This document shows, one piece after another, positions 55,028-64,000 of a DNA stretch of 64,000 nt (the stretch's first letter is position 1; every line of letters starts with the position of its first letter). The notes under the pieces were generated by a model. It ran no database searches. It was not told where the DNA came from and saw only the letters and a program-made list of their open reading frames with translations. This DNA comes from Alistipes sp. GTDB taxonomy: Bacteria > Bacteroidota > Bacteroidia > Bacteroidales > Rikenellaceae. Where the stretch lies: contig JAZSOV010000129.1 of assembly GCA_045537095.1 (NCBI GenBank), forward strand, positions 24,665 through 88,664. The letters are read 5' to 3'. The position numbers were made by a program, and so were the translations under genes.

Positions 55028-58000
55028 ATGAGTGAGATTAAGTTTAATCCAGATGTCCTCTTTGAGGTTAGCTGGGAGGTTTGTAATAAGGTTGGAGGTA
55101 TTCACACCGTAGTAGCAACCAAAGCGTTGACTGCAACGAAGCAGTTGGGCGACAGATATATTACCATTGGCCCCGATTTTTCGCAGGATAGCGAGGTGTC
55201 GGAGTTTGTGGAGGATGCAATGTTGTTGAAGAATTGGCGACAGACTCTCTACAATGAGGGTATCCGTGTTCGTATTGGTCGTTGGAATGTTTGCGGCGAG
55301 CCTATCGCTATACTTGTGGACTTCACAACGCTCTTTGCGAGCAAGGACGATGTGTTGAAGGAGTTGTGGGAGACCTACAAGGTCGATTCGATATCGGGGC
55401 AGTGGGACTATGTTGAGCCTGTATTGTTCGGATATTTGGCAGGTAAGGTTATCGAGTCGTATGTCGATAACTTCTGTGCTACGACCGAGAAGGCTGTGGC
55501 TCACTTCCACGAGTGGATGACCTGTTCGGGAGGCTTGTATTTGCGCAAGCACTCTCCATATATTGCTACCGTGATGACCACTCATGCTACTGTTATGGGA
55601 CGCTGCATCGCGGGCAACAACCTGCCTCTCTATGGCTCGTTGGCATCGTTCAATGCCGATGACTTGGCTCGTCAGTTCAATGTTGTGGCTAAGCATTCGA
55701 TTGAGAAGATTGGCGCAAAGAACTGCGATGCATTCCTCTCGGTTAGCGATATTACAGCTCGTGAGTGTGCTCACTTGCTGGGCAAGGAGGTAGATGTCGT
55801 AACCCCTAATGGATTCGAGAACGACTTTGTTTGGAGTGGTAATGAGTATGACGCGAAGCGTAAGGAGGCTCGCAAGGCGATGATTGAAGTTGCTGAGGCT
55901 TGTCTTATGCACAAGTTCGAGAAGGAGCCTTTTATTATCGGCACAAGCGGTCGCTACGAGTTCCATAATAAGGGTTTGGATGTATTCTTCGAGTCATTGA
56001 AGGCTCTCGAAATATCGGGTAAACTCGACCGTGAGGTGTTGGCTTATGTAACAGTACCTGCTGCAAATCTTGGCGCACGCCACGACTTGCAGGCACACTT
56101 GCAGGATAAGTCGCAGCCAATAGATGCTTCGCAGTATCGCTACTCGACACATGTTCTCGAAAATACCTCTTGGGATCAGATTGCAAACGCAATTAACGGC
56201 AGCGTGCTCGATAAGGCAGAGTCGAAGGTTAAGGTGATTTTCGTGCCTACATACCTCAATCAGAACGATGGTATCTTCAACAAGAACTACTACGAGTTGC
56301 TCGTGGGTATGGATTTGACCATCTATCCTTCGTACTACGAGCCGTGGGGATATACTCCACTCGAATCGATTGCATTCTCGATTCCGACCATCACAACCAC
56401 ATTGGCAGGTTTTGGTGTTTGGGCTTCGGAGCAGGAGCACAATAAGGGTGTAGTAGTTGTTGAGCGTAACGATAACAATGGAGCAGAGGCTGCAACAGCG
56501 GTTGCAGATGCGGTACTTCGCTATCTCGCACTCTCGGATAAGGAGGTGGCATCGGTGCGTAAGGCAGCATTCGAGATGTCGAAAATTGCACTTTGGGATA
56601 ACCTCTTTGCATACTATCAGAAGGCTTACGACTGCGCAATTGAGAGCTGTGTGGCTCGTACCAACCGCGCCGTTATGGGCGATGGTGGAGCTTCGCATGA
56701 GCAGATTAACTTCGTGCGTCAGCAGTTGTTTGTTGAGCGTCCAAGTTGGCAGCGCGTGATGGTAGAGAAGTCGTTGCCTGCACGCTTGCGCCCACTCGAA
56801 GAGTTGTCGCGCAATTTGTGGTGGAGTTGGACTCTCGGCGCACGCGACTTGTTCGAGGCTATCGACAAGGAGTTGTGGGTAGAGGTCGATCGTAACCCTA
56901 TCGCACTGCTCGACAAGGTGTCGATGGATCGCCTGTCGGAGATTGAGAACGACAAAGAGTTCCTTGCGAAGATGGATGCAGTATATGCACAGTTCCAGGA
57001 GTATATGAACGAGAAGCCGAGTCCGAAGGCTCCAAAGATTGCCTACTTCTCGATGGAGTATGGTTTGCACCACTCGTTGAAGATCTATTCGGGAGGTCTT
57101 GGTATCTTGGCAGGCGACTACTTGAAGGAGGCTTCCGATAGAAATACCCCAATGGTAGCGGTAGGTCTTTTGTATCGCTACGGATACTTCACTCAGCGTC
57201 TTTCGGCACAGGGTGCGCAGGAGGCTACATACGAGGCACAAAACTTCTTTAAGTTGCCAATCCTCCCTGTTCGTGAAGAGGACGGTTCGTGGGTAACTAC
57301 GCAGGTAGCACTTCCTGGTCGTACTTTGAGCGCTCGCGTATGGCGTTGTCAGGTTGGTCGTACTCCGCTGTACCTCCTCGATGCCGACTATGAGGCCAAC
57401 TTGGAGGAGGACCGTCAGGTAACTCACTACCTCTATGGTGGCGATTGGGAAAACCGCTTGAAGCAGGAGATTTTGCTCGGTGTCGGTGGTATCCGTGCCC
57501 TCGTGAAGATGGGTATCAAGCAGGAGGTTTATCACTGCAATGAGGGACACGCTGCATTTATTGGCGTAGAGCGTATTCGAAACCTTATGTCGCGCAAGAA
57601 GCTCTCCTTCTCGGAGGCATTGGAGGTTGTGCGTTCGTCATCGCTCTTTACAACCCACACCCCTGTACCTGCGGGACACGATGCATTCCCTGAGTCGATG
57701 ATTCGTCAATATATGTCGCACTATCCTGATACTCTCGGTATCACTTGGGACCAGTATATCAACCTCGGTAAGGTCAATCCGAACGACCCGAACGAGCGTT
57801 TCTCGATGTCGGTACTCGCTTGCAACCTTTCGCAAGAGGTTAATGGTGTGTCGTGGTTGCACGGTGAGGTATCGAAGGATATCCTCGGCAATATGTGGCC
57901 GGGCTACTTCAAGAAGGAGTTGCACATCGGCTATGTAACCAATGGTGTTCACTTCCCTACTTGGACAGCATCGAACATGCGCCGACTCTACTCGCGTTAC

Positions 58001-59278
58001 TTCCCTAATGGATTTGAAGGACACACATATAACATTCCTGAGTGGCAGAAAGTATACAATATTCCTGACGAGGAGTTGTGGAACGAGCGTATGTTCCTCA
58101 AACAACGACTCATCAAGACTATCAAGCGCCGCTATACCGACCCTACACAGGTTCGTTTCGACCGCCCAAGCCAGATGGTACAGGTTGCAGACCGCATCAA
58201 ACCGGAGGTGCTGACCATCGGTTTTGCCCGTCGTTTCGCAACCTACAAGCGTGCATACCTGCTCTTTACCAACCTCGAACGTCTGTCGAAGATTGTAAAC
58301 AACCCGGAACACCCTGTTCAGTTCATCTTCGCCGGTAAGGCTCACCCTAACGATAAGCCGGGTCAGGATTTGATTAAGCGCATCGTCGAGGTATCGCTTA
58401 TGCCGGAGTTCGTCGGCAAGATTATCTTCTTGCAGAACTACGATATGGAGTTGGCTCACCGTATGGTTCAGGGTGTCGATGTATGGTTGAACACCCCTAC
58501 CCGTCCGTTGGAGGCATCGGGTACATCGGGCGAGAAGTGTGTGATGAACGGTGTTATGCAGTTCTCGGTACTCGACGGCTGGTGGGTCGAGGGTTACAAG
58601 GAGGGTGCCGGTTGGATGCTTCCGATGGAACGCACCTTCACCGAGCAGCGTTATCAGGACGACTTGGATGCCGAGATGATCTACACGACCATCGAGGAGC
58701 AAATCGTACCTAAATATTACGCGCGTAACGAGAAGGGCATCCCGACCGAGTGGTGCGCTTCGATTAAGAGCTGTATCGCCGATATCGCATCGAACTTCAC
58801 AACCAACCGTATGCTTACCGACTACGAGGAGCGTTTCTACAACAAGCTCGCCGAGCGCAAGCATAAGATGGTTGCCGACAACTATATCCTCGCTCGCGAG
58901 ATTGCGGCTTGGAAGCGTAAGGTTTCGGCTGCGTGGGACAATGTGAAGGTGCTCGACGTACAGCGTGCGCGTGTCGATAAGGAGGCAATCTACGTGGGCG
59001 AGACCTACCACTACGAGGTGACGCTCGACGTAGCAAATCTCCGTCCGCAGGATTTGGGCGTAGAGTTGGTAGTTGCCAAGCCGATGGTTGCGGGTCAGGC
59101 GGCCAATGTCGATTACTCGTTGCAGTTGCAGCAGGTGTCGGCCGAGGGCAGCCGCGTAACCTACGCACTCGACTACACGCCTCGCAAGACGGGTACGTTC
59201 GATATCGCAATTCGCGTCTATCCGAACAACGAGAAGTTGTCGTATCGTATGGATTTCGCGCTCGTTAAGTGGGCGTAA
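55028..59278 (+). CDS. glgP: Glycogen synthase (GT3-like) - alpha-glucan phosphorylase fusion
   Basis: N-terminal half EVCNKVGGI and YEPWGYTPLE; C-terminal half YSGGLG, NEGH, ARRFATYKR, EASGTSGEK. Start at MSEIK (or 54998). Confidence 0.95.
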   Translation: MSEIKFNPDVLFEVSWEVCNKVGGIHTVVATKALTATKQLGDRYITIGPDFSQDSEVSEFVEDAMLLKNWRQTLYNEGIRVRIGRWNVCGEPIAILVDFTTLFASKDDVLKELWETYKVDSISGQWDYVEPVLFGYLAGKVIESYVDNFCATTEKAVAHFHEWMTCSGGLYLRKHSPYIATVMTTHATVMGRCIAGNNLPLYGSLASFNADDLARQFNVVAKHSIEKIGAKNCDAFLSVSDITARECAHLLGKEVDVVTPNGFENDFVWSGNEYDAKRKEARKAMIEVAEACLMHKFEKEPFIIGTSGRYEFHNKGLDVFFESLKALEISGKLDREVLAYVTVPAANLGARHDLQAHLQDKSQPIDASQYRYSTHVLENTSWDQIANAINGSVLDKAESKVKVIFVPTYLNQNDGIFNKNYYELLVGMDLTIYPSYYEPWGYTPLESIAFSIPTITTTLAGFGVWASEQEHNKGVVVVERNDNNGAEAATAVADAVLRYLALSDKEVASVRKAAFEMSKIALWDNLFAYYQKAYDCAIESCVARTNRAVMGDGGASHEQINFVRQQLFVERPSWQRVMVEKSLPARLRPLEELSRNLWWSWTLGARDLFEAIDKELWVEVDRNPIALLDKVSMDRLSEIENDKEFLAKMDAVYAQFQEYMNEKPSPKAPKIAYFSMEYGLHHSLKIYSGGLGILAGDYLKEASDRNTPMVAVGLLYRYGYFTQRLSAQGAQEATYEAQNFFKLPILPVREEDGSWVTTQVALPGRTLSARVWRCQVGRTPLYLLDADYEANLEEDRQVTHYLYGGDWENRLKQEILLGVGGIRALVKMGIKQEVYHCNEGHAAFIGVERIRNLMSRKKLSFSEALEVVRSSSLFTTHTPVPAGHDAFPESMIRQYMSHYPDTLGITWDQYINLGKVNPNDPNERFSMSVLACNLSQEVNGVSWLHGEVSKDILGNMWPGYFKKELHIGYVTNGVHFPTWTASNMRRLYSRYFPNGFEGHTYNIPEWQKVYNIPDEELWNERMFLKQRLIKTIKRRYTDPTQVRFDRPSQMVQVADRIKPEVLTIGFARRFATYKRAYLLFTNLERLSKIVNNPEHPVQFIFAGKAHPNDKPGQDLIKRIVEVSLMPEFVGKIIFLQNYDMELAHRMVQGVDVWLNTPTRPLEASGTSGEKCVMNGVMQFSVLDGWWVEGYKEGAGWMLPMERTFTEQRYQDDLDAEMIYTTIEEQIVPKYYARNEKGIPTEWCASIKSCIADIASNFTTNRMLTDYEERFYNKLAERKHKMVADNYILAREIAAWKRKVSAAWDNVKVLDVQRARVDKEAIYVGETYHYEVTLDVANLRPQDLGVELVVAKPMVAGQAANVDYSLQLQQVSAEGSRVTYALDYTPRKTGTFDIAIRVYPNNEKLSYRMDFALVKWA

Positions 59279-59300
59279 TCCATATCGCAAACGGGCAGGG

Positions 59301-59335
59301 CCGTGACAAAAGCGCAGAGTTTTTGTCACGGTTTT
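59301..59335 (+). terminator. Intrinsic terminator after glgP
   Basis: CCGTGACAAAA/TTTTGTCACGG stem plus T-tract. Confidence 0.7.
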
Positions 59336-59438
59336 GTGCGTAAAAATAAAAAATGTGTAAAATTTTGCAAAACAAAGGATACAATTGATAAAAAATTTAG
59401 TATCTTTACAGAACGAGTTGTAAAAAAACATAAATATT

Positions 59439-61472
59439 ATGCCGGGACTTACCTTTGATAAACGCGAACTTGGAAACTTGGAGTATTCGCTCCAACGCGA
59501 AATGTTGGCTACCGACCGCCGCGGCGGTTATATGAGTACCACCATCGTTGGCTGCAATACGCGCAAGTATCACGGACTGATTGTCGCACCGATTGATATG
59601 ACGGAGGAGACCTACGTTCTGCTCTCGTCGCTCGACGAGACCATCGTGCAGCACGATCAGTCGTTCAATTTGGCTCTGCACCGTTTCCGCGGTGTCTATG
59701 AGCCGCGAGGACACAAGTACATCACCGACTTCGAGTACACGCCTTGTCCGACCATCACCTATCGTGTCGGCGGTGTGATTTTGAAGAAGGAGTTGCTGTG
59801 GATTCACAAGCGCACGCATCTGATGATTCGTTACACGCTTGTCGATGCCCACTCCGAGACGACGCTTCGTCTGCGTCCGTTCCTCGCATTCCGCAACAAA
59901 CACGCCCTCTCGAAGGCGAATATGTACGCCAACGTGCGTTCGTATCCGGTAAAGAACGGCGTCAAGAACCGCCTCTACGACGGCTTCCCTTGGTTGCATA
60001 TGCAGCTCAGCAAGGATGATGCACAATTCATTCCGGCTCCGGATTGGTACTACGATTTCGAGTACCAGAAGGAGATTGAGCGCGGTTACGAGGGTCACGA
60101 GGACCTGCTCACGACCGGCTACTTCGAGATGAAGATACAGAAGGGCGAAAGCATCATCTTCTCGGCTTCGGTCGATGAGATGGCATCGGCCGACGATATC
60201 GTCAAGGCGTTCGATGCGTCGATTGCCCGCCGTACACATAAAATCGACTTCCGCTCGTGTCTGCACCACTCGGCACGCCAATTCATCATCCGCCGTCCGG
60301 GCGACCGCACGGAGGTTATCGCCGGCTACCCGTGGTATGGTGTCGATGGTCGTTCGACCTTCATCGCTCTGCCGGGTCTGACGCTCGAACAGGGCTATAA
60401 GGAGGATTGCCTCGCCGTGCTTGACACAATGGTTGGCGATATGCACAATGGCGACTTCGCCGGCTCGGCTTCGGCAGAGGTGGCAGCCGATGCTCCGCTC
60501 TGGTTCTTCTGGACCTTGCAGCAGCTCGAAGCACACATCGGCGCAAAGGCCATCTGGGAGCGTTACGGTGCAGCGATGAAGAGTATCCTCGCGGCATATC
60601 GCAGCGGTTTCTTCGGCGGTTGCGTGGCTCTGCACGAGAACGGACTCGTATGGGCATCGCGCGACGGCTACGCGCTGACGTGGATGAACAGCGTGATGAA
60701 CGGCATCCCGCAGACCCCGCGTGCCGGCTACACGGTCGAGATTAACGCACTGTGGTACAACGCCGTATGCTACGCGTTGGAGTTGGCAAAGAAGTGTGGC
60801 GACAAGTCGTTCGTCGCAGAGTGGAAGCATCTTCCGGAGAAGACCAAGCAGTCGTTCATCGAGAAGTTCTACCTTGCGGAGGATGGCTACCTTGCCGACT
60901 ACGTCGATATGCGTTCGACCAACAAGTCGATTCGCTGCAACCAAATCATCGCTTGCGGTCTGGACTATCGTATGGTCGATGACTCGCAGGCGGTCAATAT
61001 TCTGCTCACCGTGCGCCAGCACCTGCTCACGCCGCACGGTCTGCGTTCGCTCTCGCCTCGCAACCCGCTCTTTGAATCGACCTACAAGGAGAATCCGATT
61101 GAGCAGGAGGCGGCAAGCAAGAATGGCGCAGTATGGGTATGGCCGATGATGTTCTACTTCAAGTGTGCATTTGCGCTGGACGGCGTACGCTTCCTGCCAA
61201 AGGCAGAGGAGATGTACGAGTCGTTCGACGAGAATATCCAGACCTACTGCATCGGCTCGGTTGCCGAGTACTACGATGCCAACCCTCCGTTCGCACCTCG
61301 CGGTGCCGTATCGCAGGCGTGGAGCGTAGGCGCACTGCTCTACATCAAGCAGCTCATCGAGCAGGAGCAGAGCAAGGCAGCAAAGCCGGCAAAGAGATCG
61401 TCTTGCGGCACGAAGCGTTCGTGTGGCGCGAAAAAGACGAGCGAAAAGAGTGTTAAAAATGTAAAAAAATAG
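59439..61472 (+). CDS. Glycogen debranching enzyme (amylo-alpha-1,6-glucosidase, GDE_N + GDE_C)
   Basis: NTRKYHGL, IAGYPW, LTWM, VEINALWYNA, GLRSLSP, SQAWSV. Confidence 0.92.
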   Translation: MPGLTFDKRELGNLEYSLQREMLATDRRGGYMSTTIVGCNTRKYHGLIVAPIDMTEETYVLLSSLDETIVQHDQSFNLALHRFRGVYEPRGHKYITDFEYTPCPTITYRVGGVILKKELLWIHKRTHLMIRYTLVDAHSETTLRLRPFLAFRNKHALSKANMYANVRSYPVKNGVKNRLYDGFPWLHMQLSKDDAQFIPAPDWYYDFEYQKEIERGYEGHEDLLTTGYFEMKIQKGESIIFSASVDEMASADDIVKAFDASIARRTHKIDFRSCLHHSARQFIIRRPGDRTEVIAGYPWYGVDGRSTFIALPGLTLEQGYKEDCLAVLDTMVGDMHNGDFAGSASAEVAADAPLWFFWTLQQLEAHIGAKAIWERYGAAMKSILAAYRSGFFGGCVALHENGLVWASRDGYALTWMNSVMNGIPQTPRAGYTVEINALWYNAVCYALELAKKCGDKSFVAEWKHLPEKTKQSFIEKFYLAEDGYLADYVDMRSTNKSIRCNQIIACGLDYRMVDDSQAVNILLTVRQHLLTPHGLRSLSPRNPLFESTYKENPIEQEAASKNGAVWVWPMMFYFKCAFALDGVRFLPKAEEMYESFDENIQTYCIGSVAEYYDANPPFAPRGAVSQAWSVGALLYIKQLIEQEQSKAAKPAKRSSCGTKRSCGAKKTSEKSVKNVKK

Positions 61473-61479
61473 TGGTACA

Positions 61480-62787
61480 ATGAGGGTTTTGATGTTTGGA
61501 TGGGAGTTCCCACCGCACATTGCCGGCGGTTTGGGTACTGCCTGCTACGGAATGACGCGCGGATTGGCGCGTAACGGCGTCGATGTAACATTCGTTATGC
61601 CGCGAGCATCGGGCGACGAGGACGAGCGTTTCGTCAAGGTTGTCAGCGCAAGCGAAATCGAAACGGTCTTTGGTAAGGTCGATTCCGATTCGGCGGATAT
61701 TATCGAGAAGATGTCGTTCATACATATCGACTCCAACCTTGTGCCTTACCTCTCGCCGGAGGATTACGAGACCTACCACGACGAGTTTGTCAAGACGGGC
61801 GAAAAGCGTTGGGAGACGTCGGACGTGTGGAGTCAGCGTTACACCTTCTCCGGTAAATACGGAGCCAACCTGCTCGAAGAGATTGCACGCTACGCCATCG
61901 TAGCGGCACAGGTTGCCAAGAATTTGGAGGGACAGTTCGACGTGATTCACGCCCACGACTGGCTCACCTACTTTGCCGGCATCGCCGCAAAGCGCGTATC
62001 GGGCAAGCCGCTGGTTGTGCATATGCACGCTACGGAGTTCGACCGCTCGGGTGAAAATATCAACACGCAGACCTACGCCATCGAGCGTGCCGGTATGCAC
62101 GCTGCCGACCGCGTGATTGCCGTGTCGAACCTCACACGCAACATCATCATCAACCGCTACGGTGTGCCTGCCGAGAAGGTTGTGGCGGTACATAACGCCG
62201 TTCGCTTCACCGACAAGGGCGAGGCGTGGCCGGAGCGTGGTGTGGATGACAAGGTTGTGACGTTCTTGGGTCGTATCACCTTCCAGAAGGGCCCCGACTA
62301 CTTCGTCGAGGCGGCTGCGAAGGTCTTGAAGCGTTGTCCGAACGTACGTTTCGTGATGGCGGGCTCGGGCGATATGATGAACCACGTTGTGCGCCGTGTG
62401 GCACGCCTCGGCATTGCCGACCGTTTCCACTTCACGGGCTTCCTGCGTGGTGCCGATGTGGATAAGATGTTCCAACTCTCCGACGTGTTCGTTATGCCGT
62501 CTGTCTCCGAGCCGTTCGGTATCGCTCCGCTCGAAGCGATGCGCTCGAATGTGCCGGTGATTATCTCGAAGCAGAGCGGTGTTGCCGAGGTGCTCGACTA
62601 CGCCGTGAAGGTCGATTATTGGGATGTCGATGCACTTGCCGACTCGATTTACGGTCTGGTAAACTACCCTGCTCTCTCGAAGATGTTCTCCGAGAAGGGT
62701 CTGGAAGAGGTTATCTCGCTCAAATGGAACGATGCGGCAGCAAAAATCAAACGAGTTTACGAGGATGCGATTGCCTCGATGAAGTAG
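61480..62787 (+). CDS. GT4 glycosyltransferase (glycogen metabolism)
   Basis: WEFPPHIAGGLG, HAHDW, HATEFDR, PSVSEPFGIAPLEA. Confidence 0.93.
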   Translation: MRVLMFGWEFPPHIAGGLGTACYGMTRGLARNGVDVTFVMPRASGDEDERFVKVVSASEIETVFGKVDSDSADIIEKMSFIHIDSNLVPYLSPEDYETYHDEFVKTGEKRWETSDVWSQRYTFSGKYGANLLEEIARYAIVAAQVAKNLEGQFDVIHAHDWLTYFAGIAAKRVSGKPLVVHMHATEFDRSGENINTQTYAIERAGMHAADRVIAVSNLTRNIIINRYGVPAEKVVAVHNAVRFTDKGEAWPERGVDDKVVTFLGRITFQKGPDYFVEAAAKVLKRCPNVRFVMAGSGDMMNHVVRRVARLGIADRFHFTGFLRGADVDKMFQLSDVFVMPSVSEPFGIAPLEAMRSNVPVIISKQSGVAEVLDYAVKVDYWDVDALADSIYGLVNYPALSKMFSEKGLEEVISLKWNDAAAKIKRVYEDAIASMK

Positions 62788-62810
62788 GATAAATAATAAA
62801 AACGAAATAT

Positions 62811-64000
62811 ATGAAAACAATTTGTCTGTATTTTCAGGTACATCAGCCGTGGCGTTTGAAGACCTATCGTTTCTTCAACATCGGCAAAGATCACAACTAT
62901 CTCGACGATTTGACCAATCGCGCCATTATGCAGAAGATTGCACGCGAGTGCTACCTTCCGATGAATGCGTTGCTGCTGAAACTCATCAAGGAGAATGGCG
63001 GTGCTTTCCGCGTATCGTTCTCGCTCACGGGTACGGTTGTCGAGCAGTTCAAGCTCTACGCTCCGGAGGTTCTCGACTCGTTCCGCGAGTTGGTTAAGAC
63101 GGGTTGCGTCGAATTGCTTGGCGAGACCTATTCGCACTCGCTCGCAGCACTTTCGAGCAAGGAGGACTTCGTCGAGCAGGTGAAGGCACACTCGGCAATG
63201 CTCAAAAAGGAGTTCGGCGTAAAACCAAAGGCATTCCGCAATACGGAGCTTATCTACTCGGACGAAATCGGTATGATGGTAGGCGATATGGGCTTCAAGA
63301 CGATGCTCGCCGAGGGCGCAAAGCACGTGCTGGGTTGGAAGTCGCCAGACTTCGTATATGCAAGCGCCGGCGACCAGTCGTTGCGCCTATTGCTGCGCAA
63401 CTACAAACTCTCGGACGATATCGCATTCCGTTTCTCGAATCAGGGCTGGGATGAGTATCCACTCACGGCAGACAAGTACGCTTCGTGGCTCAGCGAGGCC
63501 GATGGCGAGGTTGTGAACCTCTTTATGGACTACGAGACCTTCGGCGAACACCAGAAGGCATCGACCGGCATCTTCGACTTCGTAAAGGCACTGCCAAAGG
63601 CAATCCTCGACCGTGGCGACCTCTCGTTCGCAACCGTTTCGGAGGCAACCGCTGCCCACCAGCCGGTAGCCGTTATCCACTGCCCTCACGTTATGTCGTG
63701 GGCTGACGAGGAGCGCGACGTGACCGCTTGGCTCGGCAACGACCTGCAGAACGAGGCGTTTGGCAAAATCTACGAGTTGAAGGAGAAGGTTAAATCGCTC
63801 AAAAGCGACGACTTCAACTACGTCTGGAACTTTATGCAGACATCCGACCACTTCTACTATATGGCAACGAAGTGGCTCTCGGATGGCGACGTTCACTCCT
63901 ACTTCAACCCTTACGGCTCGTCGTACGAGGCGTTCATCAACTATATGAACGTGCTCTCCGACTTCCAGATTGAGGTTGAGAAGGCACTCGCTGCAAAGAA
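62811..64000 (+). CDS. GH57 alpha-amylase (3'-partial; absent from the ORF track)
   Basis: ATG at 62811 reads MKTICLYFQVHQP...ETYSHSL...FRNTEL...SDDIAFRF...DYETFGEH...SDHFYY and stays open to the window end. Confidence 0.93.
   Translation, partial: MKTICLYFQVHQPWRLKTYRFFNIGKDHNYLDDLTNRAIMQKIARECYLPMNALLLKLIKENGGAFRVSFSLTGTVVEQFKLYAPEVLDSFRELVKTGCVELLGETYSHSLAALSSKEDFVEQVKAHSAMLKKEFGVKPKAFRNTELIYSDEIGMMVGDMGFKTMLAEGAKHVLGWKSPDFVYASAGDQSLRLLLRNYKLSDDIAFRFSNQGWDEYPLTADKYASWLSEADGEVVNLFMDYETFGEHQKASTGIFDFVKALPKAILDRGDLSFATVSEATAAHQPVAVIHCPHVMSWADEERDVTAWLGNDLQNEAFGKIYELKEKVKSLKSDDFNYVWNFMQTSDHFYYMATKWLSDGDVHSYFNPYGSSYEAFINYMNVLSDFQIEVEKALAAK

Noticed and set aside
54995-63896. Long minus-strand ORFs (323-704 aa) opposite the glycogen genes
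   Set aside because: Antisense shadows caused by codon bias; the plus-strand genes carry all the recognisable motifs.

Overview
This is a chromosomal window from a Bacteroidales organism (Alistipes/Rikenellaceae-like), inferred from TAnnTTTG promoters, the lack of Shine-Dalgarno motifs and the gene content. Most of it is housekeeping or ordinary accessory genes: mlaEF, ispD, lpxK, punA, ssb, an RND pump, cinA, pyrD, pdxB, FKBPs, holA, tilS, murB, gdhA, a two-component pair, surE, hemW, a glycogen operon, tRNA-Val and tRNA-Leu. Two accessory regions stand out. (1) A ~12 kb co-directional operon directly after tRNA-Val (7403-19290) combines two membrane-anchored TIR proteins (one with 12 shuffled 32-aa repeats), two TM-RCK-RyR channel-like proteins (one with a CASTOR/POLLUX-like DSGN filter), a stand-alone RyR-domain protein, an M48 protease and small accessory genes. 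It is a candidate TIR second messenger / RyR-channel defence or signalling system. (2) An AT-rich 3.3 kb cassette bounded by ~183-bp direct repeats (21516-25023) encodes two radical SAM/SPASM enzymes around an uncalled 33-aa peptide ORF, behind a long structured RNA leader. It is a candidate new RiPP system. In addition, both tRNA genes are followed by homologous ~200-nt elements that end in a copy of the tRNA T-loop, suggesting a mini integrative element. All assignments come from motif recognition by eye; no searches were run.
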